Assembly: GCA_963674745.2 (NCBI GenBank)
Contig: CAXXDV010000003.1
Span: forward strand, 2,336,001-2,400,000
DNA: 64,000 nt
Direction of reading: 5' to 3'
From: Desulfosudaceae bacterium
GTDB lineage: Bacteria > Desulfobacterota > Desulfobacteria > Desulfobacterales > Desulfosudaceae
The position numbers and the translations under genes were made by a program. Under the pieces are notes generated by a model. That model was not told the origin of the DNA. It was given only the letters and a program-made list of their open reading frames with translations, and did not search any database. This document shows, one piece after another, positions 48,697-60,700 of this stretch. The first letter of the stretch is position 1; every line of letters begins with the position of its first letter.

Positions 48697-50787
48697 TTAT
48701 TTCTCCGTACGATTCTCCCCGTAACTGCGGCTAAAAGGTATACCCAGCTTCTTCAGGCGGTTCCGCAACGTGCTGGGGTTGATCCTGAGCATTTCCGCGG
48801 CGCCTCCCGGGCCGTGGATGCGGCCTTCAGTTAGGGTTAGGACGCGTCTGATGTGGCGGCTCATGGCTTCATCCAGGCTCAGCACTTCTTCTGCCGGCGC
48901 CCCGGAATCCGGCAGCGCCTTTTCCAAAGGCTGTTGGGCGATATTCTGAAAAGAAAGCGGGGCGCCTTTGCTCAGGATCAGTTCCCGTTCGACCACGTTT
49001 TCCAGTTCCCGGACATTGCCGGGCCAGGGATAATTTCTCAAACGCTCGAGGGCGTCAGGGGATAAGGTCGAATGGTTTCGGTATTTGAGTTCCCGTGATT
49101 TCTTCCCGATAAAATGGTCCACCAGAAGCGGGATATCGACTTTTCTGTCACGTAACGGCGGAATCTTGATGGGAAAAACGTTCAGACGGAACCAGAGGTC
49201 ATCCCGGAAATTACCGGCCGCCACCAGCTCTTCCAGGTCCCGGTTGGTGGCGGCAATGACACGGATATCAACCGGGATCGATTCGGTGCCGCCGACGCGC
49301 TCGATGATTTTGTTTTGAAGTACCCGCAGCAGGCGCACCTGGGCGTGAAGCGGCAGTTCCGCGATTTCATCCAGAAAAATCGTTCCCCCGTGAGCCCGTT
49401 CAAAGCGCCCGATTTTCCTGCTGACAGCACCGGTAAAAGCCCCTTTTTCATGGCCGAACAGCTCGCTGTCGATGAGCGAATCCGGGATCGCACCGCAGTT
49501 GACCCGGATAAAGGGCCCGTCCTTTCGGGAGGAATGATAATGAATAAAATTGGCGATCAACTCCTTGCCGACACCGGTTTCGCCGAGCAGCATGACCGGG
49601 CTTTCCTGGCCGGCAACCAGCCCGGCCATTTCCATCACCCCCTTTAAACCGAAGTTGACGCCGACAATGGTACCGGTCACCGGATGGTGCAATTTCTTCT
49701 GAAGCGTTTGCTTTTCTTCTTCTAAAAGATTGTTGAGCCGGACGATTTCCCGGTGCTGCATATGATTGGAAAGGGCGATATAAAAAGGATCATGCAGCAT
49801 GGAAAACAGCTGCAGGTGATTTTCGTTAAACATGTTGGTCCCCTCATTGCCCAGCGTCGCCATACCGATCGGCATATCCTTATAAACGAGGAGCATCACC
49901 AGCGTCGACCAGTCGGCACCGAAGTGTTTAACATAAGCCTCCAGATTGGGGTCAAGTTCCGGCTGATTGATAATGCCAATTCTGGATAATTTCAAAATAT
50001 CCTCCGACAGAAACCGTTCCTGCCCCCAGGGCATAATCGGCTCGATTCCGCCGACAATGAACCCGTAACTTTCGGCCAGCACCCGGAAGGCTTTAAGGCC
50101 CTCCTCCCATTGATAAACAATCATTGCCTGCCCCGGCATGAACCGGCTCAGGTACTGCAGGCAATGGGAAACACCCGTCTGCAGGTCAAGATTACCGCAC
50201 AACCGCCGGGTGACCTGGCGGAACAACTCATTGGTGTTTTCCACGGGTTCTTTTAATGCCGGCGGTCTTTTTTTCTGCTGGTGGTCTTCAACAATGCGTT
50301 CAAAAACCGGTTGAAGCTTTTCCCGTAACCCCCTGAACAGGCGTTCATGCTCTTTGGTAATTTTGTTTGTTCCCTCTGCCGTAAAAAAAATGGTTCCGTA
50401 ACCGGGAAGGTCCTTGGCGAAATTCAGGTTCAGGGATGACCAGTTAGCGGCTTTACCTCTCTGATAGATATAACGGCCGATCAAATCATCATGCGGTTCA
50501 TTGATCACATATATTTCCGGTACATACGCCTGTTTAAAAGGTTCCAGAATCACATCCGGCATGTCTTTAAACTGAAAATCCGTTTTTTCAGCACCTGTTT
50601 CAGAAACCTGGGCAACCACCCGCATCAGGTTCCGGACCAGGTCAAACCAGACCACATAAATCCGGTCTATGGGAAAAACATGCCTGATGTCATGATAAAT
50701 ATCTTCAAGCGCGGTATAGGGTGTTTCTTCAATAAATTGCGGATGAGAATGATAGGCTGATAAATCCGGTTCCCTGATCATGGCCAT
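48697..50787 (-). CDS. sigma-54-dependent activator with GAF-like input domains
   Basis: [29 protein letters not shown] and C-terminal HTH. Confidence 0.95.
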   Translation of the reverse strand: MAMIREPDLSAYHSHPQFIEETPYTALEDIYHDIRHVFPIDRIYVVWFDLVRNLMRVVAQVSETGAEKTDFQFKDMPDVILEPFKQAYVPEIYVINEPHDDLIGRYIYQRGKAANWSSLNLNFAKDLPGYGTIFFTAEGTNKITKEHERLFRGLREKLQPVFERIVEDHQQKKRPPALKEPVENTNELFRQVTRRLCGNLDLQTGVSHCLQYLSRFMPGQAMIVYQWEEGLKAFRVLAESYGFIVGGIEPIMPWGQERFLSEDILKLSRIGIINQPELDPNLEAYVKHFGADWSTLVMLLVYKDMPIGMATLGNEGTNMFNENHLQLFSMLHDPFYIALSNHMQHREIVRLNNLLEEEKQTLQKKLHHPVTGTIVGVNFGLKGVMEMAGLVAGQESPVMLLGETGVGKELIANFIHYHSSRKDGPFIRVNCGAIPDSLIDSELFGHEKGAFTGAVSRKIGRFERAHGGTIFLDEIAELPLHAQVRLLRVLQNKIIERVGGTESIPVDIRVIAATNRDLEELVAAGNFRDDLWFRLNVFPIKIPPLRDRKVDIPLLVDHFIGKKSRELKYRNHSTLSPDALERLRNYPWPGNVRELENVVERELILSKGAPLSFQNIAQQPLEKALPDSGAPAEEVLSLDEAMSRHIRRVLTLTEGRIHGPGGAAEMLRINPSTLRNRLKKLGIPFSRSYGENRTEK

Positions 50788-50801
50788 ACCCCCTGAGAAA
50801 A

Positions 50802-50932
50802 TTGCCGTATATGACAATAATAGACTGTTTTGCCATATATGACAACGACAACCTCCCATATCCGGCAAAACTAAAACCGTAAATTATCAACGTATTGAAT
50901 TTATTATATTAAAAATGTGGCACGATTGTTGC
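50802..50932 (+). promoter_or_regulatory. sigma-54 promoter module: two UAS palindromes, IHF site, -24/-12 box
   Basis: TTGCCRTATATGACAA at 50802-50817 and 50830-50845, TATCAAcgtaTTG at 50885-50897, TGGCAC-N5-TTGC at 50918-50932. Confidence 0.85.
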
Positions 50933-51001
50933 CTTATAAAAACAAATACTTTTTAGATGAAAGTTGGCAAACGGGGAAACCAAAAAGGAGGGTGCAAGGC
51001 A

Positions 51002-51901
51002 ATGAAAAAGTTTTTAACTGTTTTAACCGTTGGACTGGTTTTAATCATCGGACTGACCGGCGTTTCCATGGCCGGAGGAAGTAATCCGGACAAGTGCGAT
51101 ACCCGCTATCCTGTTGTTCTGGCCCATGGCATGGGTGTTTCGGCCGAGGTCCTGGGTATCATCGATGCCTGGTGGGGTATTGATGAAGCCCTGAAAGATG
51201 AGGGCGCGGCCGTCTTTAAGACCTCTGTCAACGGCGTGGATACCACCGCCAAAAAAGCGGCGGATTTCAAGCGGCAGTTCATGGAGATCCTGGCCGCCAC
51301 CGGTGCCGAAAAAGCCAATATTATCGGCCATTCCCACGGAACCCTCTATACCCGTTACGCCATCTCCAACCTCGGCCTGGCGCCGTATGTGGCCAGTTAC
51401 ACCGGCTTGTGCGGGCCCCACCGGGGCAGTGCCATTGCCTCGATGATCATGGATGGAATGCCGGACTGGCTGCTCAACGCCGGTGGTGCGGTAATTGATT
51501 TTGTATATGCTTTTATTTTCGGCGACACCGACCCCGATGTACTGGGCAATGGCCTTGATCTTTGCCCTGATTTCATGATCAACACCTTCAATCCCAATAC
51601 CCCGGACATGCCCGGCATTTACTATCAGAGCTGGGCCGCCAAGGCCAAAATATCCTGCCCCAATATCGTTCTGGAACCAACCTGGCTGGCCTTGCTTGTC
51701 GCAGAAGGGGCCAATGACGGCCTGGTCAGTGTCAAAAGCGCCAAGTGGGGTAATTTCCGCGGGGTGGAAGATGCCGCCTGGTACAGCCCCGGCTGCGATC
51801 ACCTCAACATGGTCGATCAGCTGTTCGGCATCACACCGGGATTTGACGCGCCGCAATTTTTCGTAGAAATTGTTGAGGACCTTAAAAACCGCGGCTATTA
51901 A
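51002..51901 (+). CDS. secreted triacylglycerol lipase (family I-like)
   Basis: Signal peptide, TRYPVVLAHG, GHSHG nucleophile, PHRGS, NDGLV, DHL. Confidence 0.9.
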   Translation: MKKFLTVLTVGLVLIIGLTGVSMAGGSNPDKCDTRYPVVLAHGMGVSAEVLGIIDAWWGIDEALKDEGAAVFKTSVNGVDTTAKKAADFKRQFMEILAATGAEKANIIGHSHGTLYTRYAISNLGLAPYVASYTGLCGPHRGSAIASMIMDGMPDWLLNAGGAVIDFVYAFIFGDTDPDVLGNGLDLCPDFMINTFNPNTPDMPGIYYQSWAAKAKISCPNIVLEPTWLALLVAEGANDGLVSVKSAKWGNFRGVEDAAWYSPGCDHLNMVDQLFGITPGFDAPQFFVEIVEDLKNRGY

Positions 51902-51946
51902 ATCGGACCTTAAGAGAAGTTATCGCTTCTAAAAAAAACAAATGAC

Positions 51947-51985
51947 AAACAGGGGCAGCCGAAAGGCAGCCCCTGTTTCTTTTTT
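51947..51985 (+). terminator. intrinsic terminator
   Basis: AAACAGGGGC.GCC-GAAA-GGC.GCCCCTGTTT followed by a T-tract. Confidence 0.8.
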
Positions 51986-52091
51986 CCCCCCAATATTTCA
52001 CCGTTTGTTTTGAGCGCATACGAGCGTTTGTGTTTTTAAAAAACAGCCAATTATTATTTTAACCTTTTATGTTTTAGGGTTATATTTATCC

Positions 52092-53219
52092 ATGTCGAAA
52101 AATTTCATGAGATCTCCGGGCAGAATCATCTTCACCTTTGTTGGTCTGATGATACTCGGCCTGCTGGTTGTGCTGTTTTTACGGCAGCCGGCCCCCGAGC
52201 CCTCCGAGTATCTGTTTGACTATACCATCGGCCCGGCCATTGACCGGATCAAGGAATCAAAAGCGCATATAGCGGCCATAAAAACACAGGCTCAGAAAAA
52301 TGACGGCGCCGATGAAACAAGCGATGCGGCTGTCAGCCCGACTGAAAACCCGTCTTTGTTCAGGGACCTTTTTTCACAAATGATCGTGGGATCGGGAACC
52401 ACCCTCCACTATTTTACCTGGCTGGGGCATGAATACCGTCACGCCGCCTCCCGCGAAGATCACCTGGCTCAGGTCAGAGAGCGCATTTTCTCCCAGTTCC
52501 CTCCCGACGAGGCCGGCCAGTTGTTCGCCAGATATAAGCAATACCTGGACTGTGAAATCGCTGTCGCTGATTTGGTCACCAGGTTCGGGCCGGTCACATC
52601 GACGGAAAAGGGCCTGGCACTGTTAAGAGAAGTTCAGGAATTCCGACGGGATTACCTTGGCCGGGAACTGGCCGACAATCTATTCGGAGAACGGGTTAAA
52701 GAAAAGGAATACAGCGTCCGCCGGACTGCCATTATTAACGACAGCAGCCTGTATGCCGAAGAAAAACAGGAACAGCTGGATCGGCTGACGCAGGACATGT
52801 GGGGCGAATCCGACGCACTTGAATCGTCCTTTCACAAAACAAACGCCTATACCAGATACCGGGAGGCGTTGGCCATCAATCAAAAAGACCTGGATGAGAT
52901 TGACGGAGAAGCCGACCGCCAGGCGGCGATTGACGACATCCGCCATCAGTACCTGTCGCCGGATGCCATAGAGCGCATACAAGCCATGGAGCGGCAGCAG
53001 ACGGAACAACAGCAGCAAGAGCAGGCTTATCATGCGGCTGAAGAGCGGATCAGCGAAGACACAACCCTTTCTGAAGAAGACAAAGCCGAGCAGATCGACC
53101 GTCTTCGACAGGAGATGCTCGGCGACCAGGCCGAGGCCATGAAAAGAAGAGAAACCATTGAAAGTACCAGGCAGAAACGGTTAAGAGAACTCGAATCAGC
53201 GTCCGATCCCGGCCCTTAA
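52092..53219 (+). CDS. lipase secretion chaperone (foldase, Lif-like)
   Basis: N-terminal TM, LFARYKQY, RRDYLG.E.AD.LFGE helical pattern. Directly downstream of the lipase. Confidence 0.8.
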   Translation: MSKNFMRSPGRIIFTFVGLMILGLLVVLFLRQPAPEPSEYLFDYTIGPAIDRIKESKAHIAAIKTQAQKNDGADETSDAAVSPTENPSLFRDLFSQMIVGSGTTLHYFTWLGHEYRHAASREDHLAQVRERIFSQFPPDEAGQLFARYKQYLDCEIAVADLVTRFGPVTSTEKGLALLREVQEFRRDYLGRELADNLFGERVKEKEYSVRRTAIINDSSLYAEEKQEQLDRLTQDMWGESDALESSFHKTNAYTRYREALAINQKDLDEIDGEADRQAAIDDIRHQYLSPDAIERIQAMERQQTEQQQQEQAYHAAEERISEDTTLSEEDKAEQIDRLRQEMLGDQAEAMKRRETIESTRQKRLRELESASDPGP

Positions 53220-54713
53220 AAAACAAGCCCCCAGCACAGCCAGCAGAAAAAAGAAAAGCCAGTCGCCCCACCTCGTGTAGACCGTCATTCCCGTTAAACG
53301 TGAAAACGTTCCGGATATACGCCGGGGAACAAACAGGTCGCTTGCGGCCGACAGGCTTCCGTCCGGCGCGATCACGGCGGAAATACCGCTATTTGAGGCC
53401 CGGAGGAGCCACCGCCCGTTCTCCACGGCCCGGGCCCGGGCTGCCTGCAAATGGGCGTGCGGCATGGTTGAATCGCCGAACCAGGAATCGTTGGACACAT
53501 TGACCAGGAACCCGGCACCCTGTTTCACGGATCGTCGGATATATTGCGGGTAAAGAATTTCAAAACAGACGGATATCCCCGCCCTGCCGTGAGGCGTCAT
53601 CAGGCAGGCCGGGTTCGCGCCCGGCAGAAACCGGTCAGGGGCGTTGTAAAAACGAAACAGGGGCCCCATAACCGGTGACCTTTCCGAGTACGGCAGCAGG
53701 ATATGTTTGTCATATCTTTGTAAGGGCTGACCGGCCCCTATCAGGTAAACAGAATTGTATACGCCCTTCTGTTCCCCGTCCTGGTTCAGACCGCCGGCTA
53801 TCAGCAGGTTCTTTTCCCCCAACATCCGTGACAGATCCGCGAAAAACGGACCGGTCAGGGCTTGGGTATGGTTGAGCACGGTTTCCGGCCAGACAATGAC
53901 ACGGCCCTGCTCAGATGCCGGCGATGAACCGCTGAGTTCAATATACGTTTTAAGCCGTTGATAAAAGCCAAGCCCGCCCCAGCGGTCCTCAGGTGAGAAA
54001 TTGCCCTGAACAATAACGGCCTTCACACCCTTTTCGGCTGAAACCAGGGCAGGCATTTGATGGCGTCGGACAGAGCCATAACACACGGGCAGTATAATGA
54101 TCAGGCCCAGCAAAATCAACGCTGCCCTGTACATGCCTGCATCTTGATTTCGTCGGGAGCGCTGATCTGTTTTGGAGCGGTTTTCGATCAGAAAGACCAG
54201 CAGGGCGTTGAACATCACCACCCCAAAAGTCACCAGACGCACGCTCCCGAGATCGGCCACCTGAAAATAGGCGGGCCAGTTTACCAGGGCATAGCCCATG
54301 TCACCCCAGGGAATTAATACGGGAATCATGCCTTTTGCATAATCACCCATCACCCAGAGAGACGGCACCACCAGGGCATAAAAAAAAAGGCCCCGGTTGT
54401 TAAGAAACCGGTAAAAAACAGCAACCAGCAGGTGAATAATCCAGACCGGCAGCATCAGGGCCAGGCAGTAAAAAACCACCGCCGTAATTAAAGGAAGCTG
54501 ATAATGCCCCACCAGCGCATTAAACACCCAGTAGCCCATACTGGAAGAAACGATAATCGAAAACAGGGTAATATGAACAATCGCGGCCGTCCATGTCTTT
54601 GCCCGGTCAAGAGACAGAAACAATGGGAACAGCGCCGCAAAAGAAATCCACCATAATGGATTTACAGAAAAGGTCAGGCCATACAGTATGCCGGACAGGG
54701 ATGCCAGAAGCAT
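53196..54713 (-). CDS. lnt: apolipoprotein N-acyltransferase
   Basis: VQGN, WPET, YDKHILLPYSE, VCFE, SNDSWFG. Confidence 0.92.
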   Translation of the reverse strand: MLLASLSGILYGLTFSVNPLWWISFAALFPLFLSLDRAKTWTAAIVHITLFSIIVSSSMGYWVFNALVGHYQLPLITAVVFYCLALMLPVWIIHLLVAVFYRFLNNRGLFFYALVVPSLWVMGDYAKGMIPVLIPWGDMGYALVNWPAYFQVADLGSVRLVTFGVVMFNALLVFLIENRSKTDQRSRRNQDAGMYRAALILLGLIIILPVCYGSVRRHQMPALVSAEKGVKAVIVQGNFSPEDRWGGLGFYQRLKTYIELSGSSPASEQGRVIVWPETVLNHTQALTGPFFADLSRMLGEKNLLIAGGLNQDGEQKGVYNSVYLIGAGQPLQRYDKHILLPYSERSPVMGPLFRFYNAPDRFLPGANPACLMTPHGRAGISVCFEILYPQYIRRSVKQGAGFLVNVSNDSWFGDSTMPHAHLQAARARAVENGRWLLRASNSGISAVIAPDGSLSAASDLFVPRRISGTFSRLTGMTVYTRWGDWLFFFLLAVLGACFLRAGIGR

Positions 54714-54894
54714 TATCTTCAGGTCCTCTTTGAGAAGAGGTTAACAACCGGCGGAAGCCCCCGTAAAACCCTTCCGGGAGGCAGGTCCGGGTTTTTCCGG
54801 CGCCATGAAATTTTCAGCCTGCGACTATACTTACATACAAAATATTTTTCAGGGTGACAACCGGAAGGAATGAAATGAGCAGGAGGAAAACAAA

Positions 54895-56622
54895 TTACGG
54901 TCTTGAACGCATCGCCATAAAGTTCTTCACAATTTCAGTCATGGTTTGCGCAAGTGGCCCGAGTTCGTCTTTTTTGACCTTGTCCAGCGTGTCCTGTTCA
55001 TCAAGCAGGTAATACGGATTGCTGATCCATGAGATGACGGGGATCCGGGGCAGACCGACGGCCTCGGCGCCGGCGACATAACCGCCCACATCTGAAAAAG
55101 GAATCCAGTAATACGCAGGTAGGGAAACCGCCCGTTTGGCCGGTTTCCTGTCCATGGCCTTTGATAAGGCGGCCACCACCCTGGGGTTTTCTTCGGTCCA
55201 TATGATAGAGGGGGCGACCAGCCCGGTCTCTTTATATTCTCCCCGGTCCTCGACAACCTCTTTGGCGGCCATATGCTCAAGGTTCATCACCACCCAGGTG
55301 TTTTTCATGATTTCGGGGTGATCATAAGCGAAAGAATAGCCACCCCATCCGGAATACAGGTGCCCGGCCGCAGCCACAAACACGAGCGTCTTGGGCCTTT
55401 TGTACTGCGGCACCTGGGCCCAGGCCCAGGCCTGTGAAAACACCTGCGTAATGCCGGTGGCGTCTTCCGTAGCGCCCCGAAAGGCGCTGTCCTGATGACT
55501 GCAGATAATTATAGTATCATCCGATTGCCCGGGCAGAACACCCCAGACATTGCGCATATAACCGGGATCTATGGTTCCGGTTAAAACCAGCCTGGCGGTT
55601 TTTTTCTGCATGGCCAGGCGGCGCATCTTGATGGCATCGTACTTTCCGACCCATACCGCAGGAAGCGGTTTCATTGTATCGTCATAACCCGCATACTGGG
55701 AATTATACTTGGATGGTTTGTTGGCCAGCAGCAGGACCACCCCTTTTGCCCCGTGTTCAACGGCCGAGTCATAGACACTCCAGAGGCTCTTTATCGGAAT
55801 TTCCGACCCCGCGGGGGCCCATCCCGGTTCCTCTGCCCAGAGATTCGTGTAGATAAACGTTAAAAACTGGCCGGTAAAAAAATTGATGGTATTTCCCGGA
55901 TCTGAAATAAAAAAGTTGGAGTTGGGGATGCTCAGCAAGGCGCCGCTGGGCAGGTAGGGCAGAAGCACCTCCACAACAGCGATTTTACCGTTGACGTCCA
56001 CCCTGTCAAAATCTCCCGGCAGCCCCAGCCCCACATAGGCCAATGGCGCCGTTACGCCGGCCGTATCCGTGAAGCCGGTATTCAGATAGAAAAAACAGGG
56101 GATGTCATCCCCGTCGACCGTCAGGGACCAGGATGAGGGCTTCCAGGCATCAATATCGATCGATTGCATACTGACATTTTCAAGACCGAATTCCGTAAAT
56201 TTGTCGGCAATCCATTGCTCTGCCGCATGGCCGCCCGGGCTGCCGGGGCGGCGATTTTCCCACTGGCACAAACCCTCGATCCAGGAATAAATCTGCCCAT
56301 TGTCCGGCGTGGGAACCGTCTCCCGGAAACGGGGTATAAAGATTTTCATCAGGGCCGCGGACAGCTTTATCCTGGGGACATCGATCCAGGTGCCGATAAA
56401 GTGCGTCGCCATATCGACCAGGCCGTTCACCACACCCTCATTTCCCTGAACCAGCGCATCAAGATCGGCCTCGGCCTGGTTCTCCATCTCCTGGGTGACG
56501 GCAATTGTTCCTTGGGCCCGCACAGCCGAGGGCATGTCAGAACAGATCAAAAGAATGCCCGGCAGCAGAACCACGGTGATAAGTAAGCGAAAAAATTTGT
56601 GATTAAAAAAATCCGGCTTCAT
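54895..56622 (-). CDS. exported PA-domain/M28-like peptidase
   Basis: RRPGS, PA domain (V.GKIAV), NVWGVLPG, SHQDS...GATEDATG. Confidence 0.75.
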   Translation of the reverse strand: MKPDFFNHKFFRLLITVVLLPGILLICSDMPSAVRAQGTIAVTQEMENQAEADLDALVQGNEGVVNGLVDMATHFIGTWIDVPRIKLSAALMKIFIPRFRETVPTPDNGQIYSWIEGLCQWENRRPGSPGGHAAEQWIADKFTEFGLENVSMQSIDIDAWKPSSWSLTVDGDDIPCFFYLNTGFTDTAGVTAPLAYVGLGLPGDFDRVDVNGKIAVVEVLLPYLPSGALLSIPNSNFFISDPGNTINFFTGQFLTFIYTNLWAEEPGWAPAGSEIPIKSLWSVYDSAVEHGAKGVVLLLANKPSKYNSQYAGYDDTMKPLPAVWVGKYDAIKMRRLAMQKKTARLVLTGTIDPGYMRNVWGVLPGQSDDTIIICSHQDSAFRGATEDATGITQVFSQAWAWAQVPQYKRPKTLVFVAAAGHLYSGWGGYSFAYDHPEIMKNTWVVMNLEHMAAKEVVEDRGEYKETGLVAPSIIWTEENPRVVAALSKAMDRKPAKRAVSLPAYYWIPFSDVGGYVAGAEAVGLPRIPVISWISNPYYLLDEQDTLDKVKKDELGPLAQTMTEIVKNFMAMRSRP

Positions 56623-56906
56623 GTCCCCTCCCCTTTTATGTACTTATTGAAAAAACTTTACAGCAGGATCCGGCCTCTTGTCACCTCGTATTAAGAAAAA
56701 AAGCGGCGCCCGGCGGAAAAACCATTTTTATAATAAAAACAATTATTAACAATGAAATTAACGCCGCAGCGGACAACCCATCCGGCGTTTTCCTCAGGTT
56801 TTGAATTGTGACCTGATTTTAGATTCAACTTGTGGCAGGAACCAAAATCTGCATAAAATAAAAAAAGCAGGCATGATTGCTGATCAAAAAGCCAGGGGGT
56901 CGGAAA

Positions 56907-57725
56907 ATGGGGAAAAGCGAATACATCAAACCACGCAAAAAGCCGATTCAAAAAAGATCCAAAGAAACGGTCGACGCCATTTATGAGGCCGCTCTGCAGC
57001 TTTTCACCACCCGGGGTTACAGGGAGACAACAACCGATAAAATCGCCGAACGGGCGGGGGTGTCTATCGGGACCCTGTACCAGTATTTTCCCAACAAGGA
57101 ATCGATCCTCGTTGACATGTGGGAGCAGGTGTTTGATGCGGTTGTTATCGGCGGCACCACCCTCTCGCTTTCCAGGCCCGAAATCGTGGATGAAATGGAA
57201 AAGGCGCATGAGTCCGACCTGTCCGATGCCCTTGCGTCCCACCCGTTCCAGTGCGACGGAATCAACTACATGGAAGGCATTACCGGCCTGTATTCGGGTG
57301 ACCTGAGCGGTACTGTGGGGGGATCGTTTTTCAACATAAAACACGAATTCAAGGTTCACAGCACCTGGGTCTTTGATGTGGGGAAAGAGCACCTGAAGCT
57401 TGATATCGAAGATTTACCGATACTCAATAAAATATCGGGAAAAGGAACGGTCGATCCCCGGACCGGCCTGTCCAGGATGGTTTTCAAAGTGCCCATTCTG
57501 GGAAAAATGCCGGGAACCGGCCGGATTGACGGCGATAAGAACATGTCTTTTCATATTTCCCGGGTTGACTTTTTATGGTCCGGGCACCTGGCGGAAGACG
57601 GTTCCGTCACAGGCACCTGGGGATTTGACTTCACTTTTGTTTTCGCCAGAATGTACGCCAAAGGGAACATGGCCGGGGCGCTGCTTGATCAGTCAATTGA
57701 GAATATAGCTCTGGAATCGGCTTAG
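56907..57725 (+). CDS. TetR-type HTH fused to atypical beta-rich C-terminal domain
   Basis: PRKKPIQKRS...IAERAGVSIGTLYQYFPNKE, followed by Gly/aromatic-rich strand-like sequence. Confidence 0.8.
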   Translation: MGKSEYIKPRKKPIQKRSKETVDAIYEAALQLFTTRGYRETTTDKIAERAGVSIGTLYQYFPNKESILVDMWEQVFDAVVIGGTTLSLSRPEIVDEMEKAHESDLSDALASHPFQCDGINYMEGITGLYSGDLSGTVGGSFFNIKHEFKVHSTWVFDVGKEHLKLDIEDLPILNKISGKGTVDPRTGLSRMVFKVPILGKMPGTGRIDGDKNMSFHISRVDFLWSGHLAEDGSVTGTWGFDFTFVFARMYAKGNMAGALLDQSIENIALESA

Positions 57726-57775
57726 TACAGCAAGCCTTGTCATGCCCCGTCAGGATTATCCTTTAGAGATACCCG

Positions 57776-60700
57776 TTACATGCCTCTGCGGTATTTTCCC
57801 CCAACCTCATACAAGGCGCCGGTAATCTGGCCCAAAGAGCAGCAGCGGACGGTATTCATCAACTCGGCAAAAATATTTTCACCGGCCAGAACGGTTTTCT
57901 TAAGCTGATCCAACGCCTGCGGGGCCTGATCTTTATGCCGCTGCTGAAAATCCTGCAGGCGATCCAGCTGGGACTGTTTTTCTTCTTCGGTGGCCCGGGC
58001 CAGTTCCAGATCAGCCGTTTCTTCGGCCGATCCGTCGGGATTGACAAAGGTATTGACGCCGACGATGGGATGCTCACCGGTATGTTTACGGTATTCGTAA
58101 TAAATGGATTCTTCCTGGATGCGGGACCGCTGGTACCCGGTTTCCATGGCACCCAGTACGCCCCCACGTGAGGTGATGCGGTCAAACTCGGCCAGCACTG
58201 CTTCTTCGACCAGGTCGGTCAGCTCTTCGGCAATAAAACTGCCCTGGAGCGGATTTTCGTTTTTGGCCAGCCCCCACTCTTTGTTGATAATCTGCTGAAT
58301 GGCCAGGGCCCGGCGCACGGATTCCGTGCTGGGCGTGGTAATGGCCTCGTCATAGGCATTGGTGTGCAGGCTGTTGCAGTTGTCATACACGGCACACAGG
58401 GCCTGCAGGGTGGTGCGGATATCGTTGAACTGGATATCCTGCATGTGCAAAGAGCGGCCCGAGGTCTGAATGTGATATTTGAGCATCTGGGAGCGCGGCG
58501 AACCCTTGTATTTTTCCCGAAGGGCAACAGCCCAGATACGCCGGGCCACCCGGCCGATGACCGTGTATTCCGGATCCATGCCGTTGGAAAAGAAAAAGGA
58601 AAAGTTGGGCGCGAAACTGTCCAGGGGCATCCCCCGGGACAGGTAATATTCCAGGTAGGTAAAGCCATTGGCCAGGGTCAGGGCCAGCTGGGTAATGGGA
58701 TTGGCCCCGGCTTCGGCAATATGGTAGCCGGAAATGGACACGGAATAAAAATTGCGCACGTTGTTGTTAATAAAAAAGTCCTGGATATCGCCCATCATTT
58801 TCAGGGCAAACTCGATGGAAAAAATACAGGTATTCTGCCCCTGGTCTTCTTTTAAGATATCGGCCTGAACCGTCCCCCGGATATTGGCCAGCACGTCCGC
58901 CCGGACCGACGCCAGCTCTTCGCCGGTCAGCTGGCGCTTCTTTTCTTGCGCCAGTTTCTCCGCCTGCTGATCAATAGCGGCATTTAAAAACATGGCCAGC
59001 ATGATCGGGGCCGGGCCGTTGATGGTCATGGACACCGAGTTGTTGGGCGCGCACAGATCAAAACCGCCGTAGAGGACTTTCACATCATCCAGGGTGCAGA
59101 CGCTGACGCCGGAGGTACCGATCTTGCCGTAGATGTCCGGCCGGGTATCCGGGTCGTATCCGTATAGGGTAACCGAATCAAAAGCCGTGGACAACCGTTT
59201 GGCTGCCGAGTCCGCGGACAAAAGTTTAAACCGGCGGTTGGTCCTGGCCGGGTCACCCTCGCCGGCAAACATGCGGGTGGGGTCCTCGCCCACCCGTTTT
59301 AACGGGAAAACCCCGGCGGTATAAGGGAAAAACCCCGGCAGGTTTTCCCGGCGCAGCCAGGTATAGGTCTGGCCGGGATCGCTGTAGTCCGGCAGAGACA
59401 GCTTGGAAATCCGGGTGCCGGACAACGACCGGGTGGACAGGGGCAGGCGGATCTCGTTGTCCCTGACCTTGTAAACCAGTTCATCACCACCGTAGGATTG
59501 ACATGCCGTTTTCCACTGTTCCAGTGTTTTCCGGGTATCCTCATCAACCGACTGCCGGGCGGCATCCAGCAGGCTGTCCAGTTCCGAATCCGTGGCATCG
59601 ATGCCGTTTTGGGCCAGCGCCTGTTTCGTTTCCACCAGGTGCCATTCCCGACGCAAAGCATCGGCCTGCTGTCCGGTCTGGTGATGATAGTTGCGAATGG
59701 TATCGGCAATCTCCGACAGGTAACGAACGCGTTCGGTGGGGATGATAATCGAGCGGGCAGAAGAAGCATTGGTTTCCGGGCAGGCCAGAGAGGTTTCGAA
59801 CCCCACGCCGGTCTTTTCCCGGACTGTATCAAGCAGCCTGTGATACAGGGCAGTCACCCCATCGTCATTGAACTTGGAAGCAATCGTACCGAAAGCCGGC
59901 ATCTGCTCGGGCGGGGTATCAAAGGCTTTCCGGTTGCGTTGCATCTGCTTGCGCACATCCCGCAAGGCGTCTTCCGAGCCCTGTTTTTCAAATTTATTGA
60001 CCACCACAATATCGGCAAAATCGAGCATGTCGATTTTTTCCAGCTGGGATGCCGCCCCGAACTCGCTGGTCATGACATAAACACAGACATCGGCCAGATC
60101 GACGATATTGGAATCCCCCTGGCCGATGCCGGCTGTTTCCACAATGACCAGGTCATACCCGGCCGCTTTTACCGCCGCGATGGTCTCGGGCATGGCCGAC
60201 GGAATTTCCGAATGCGAACGCCGGGTGGCCAGGCTCCGCATATACACCCGGGGGCTGTCGATGGCATTCATGCGAATGCGGTCGCCCAGCAGAGCCCCCC
60301 CGGTTTTGCGCCGGGAAGGATCGGCGCAGATGACCGCCAGGTGGGTATCGCCGGGGTCCATTAGAAAACGCAGAATCAATTCATCGGTCAGCGATGATTT
60401 ACCGGCCCCGCCGGTACCTGTCACGCCGATGACCGGCACTACCCGGTCACCGGTTTTTTCAGCAAGCGCCCGGCGGATTTTTTCGATGGACCCGTCTCCC
60501 GCTTCTTCGGCCTCCCGTACCTGTGAAATCAGGCGGGCCACGGCAACCACGTTTTCCGTCGACAGGCTGTCCACTTCAACCGGATGGTCCCCGACCGTTG
60601 AAAAATCCATGGTCTCTACCATATTATTGATAATTCCCTGCAAGCCCAAGCGGGCACCGTCATCCGGCGAATATATTTTGGTCACGCCGCAGCACTCCAG

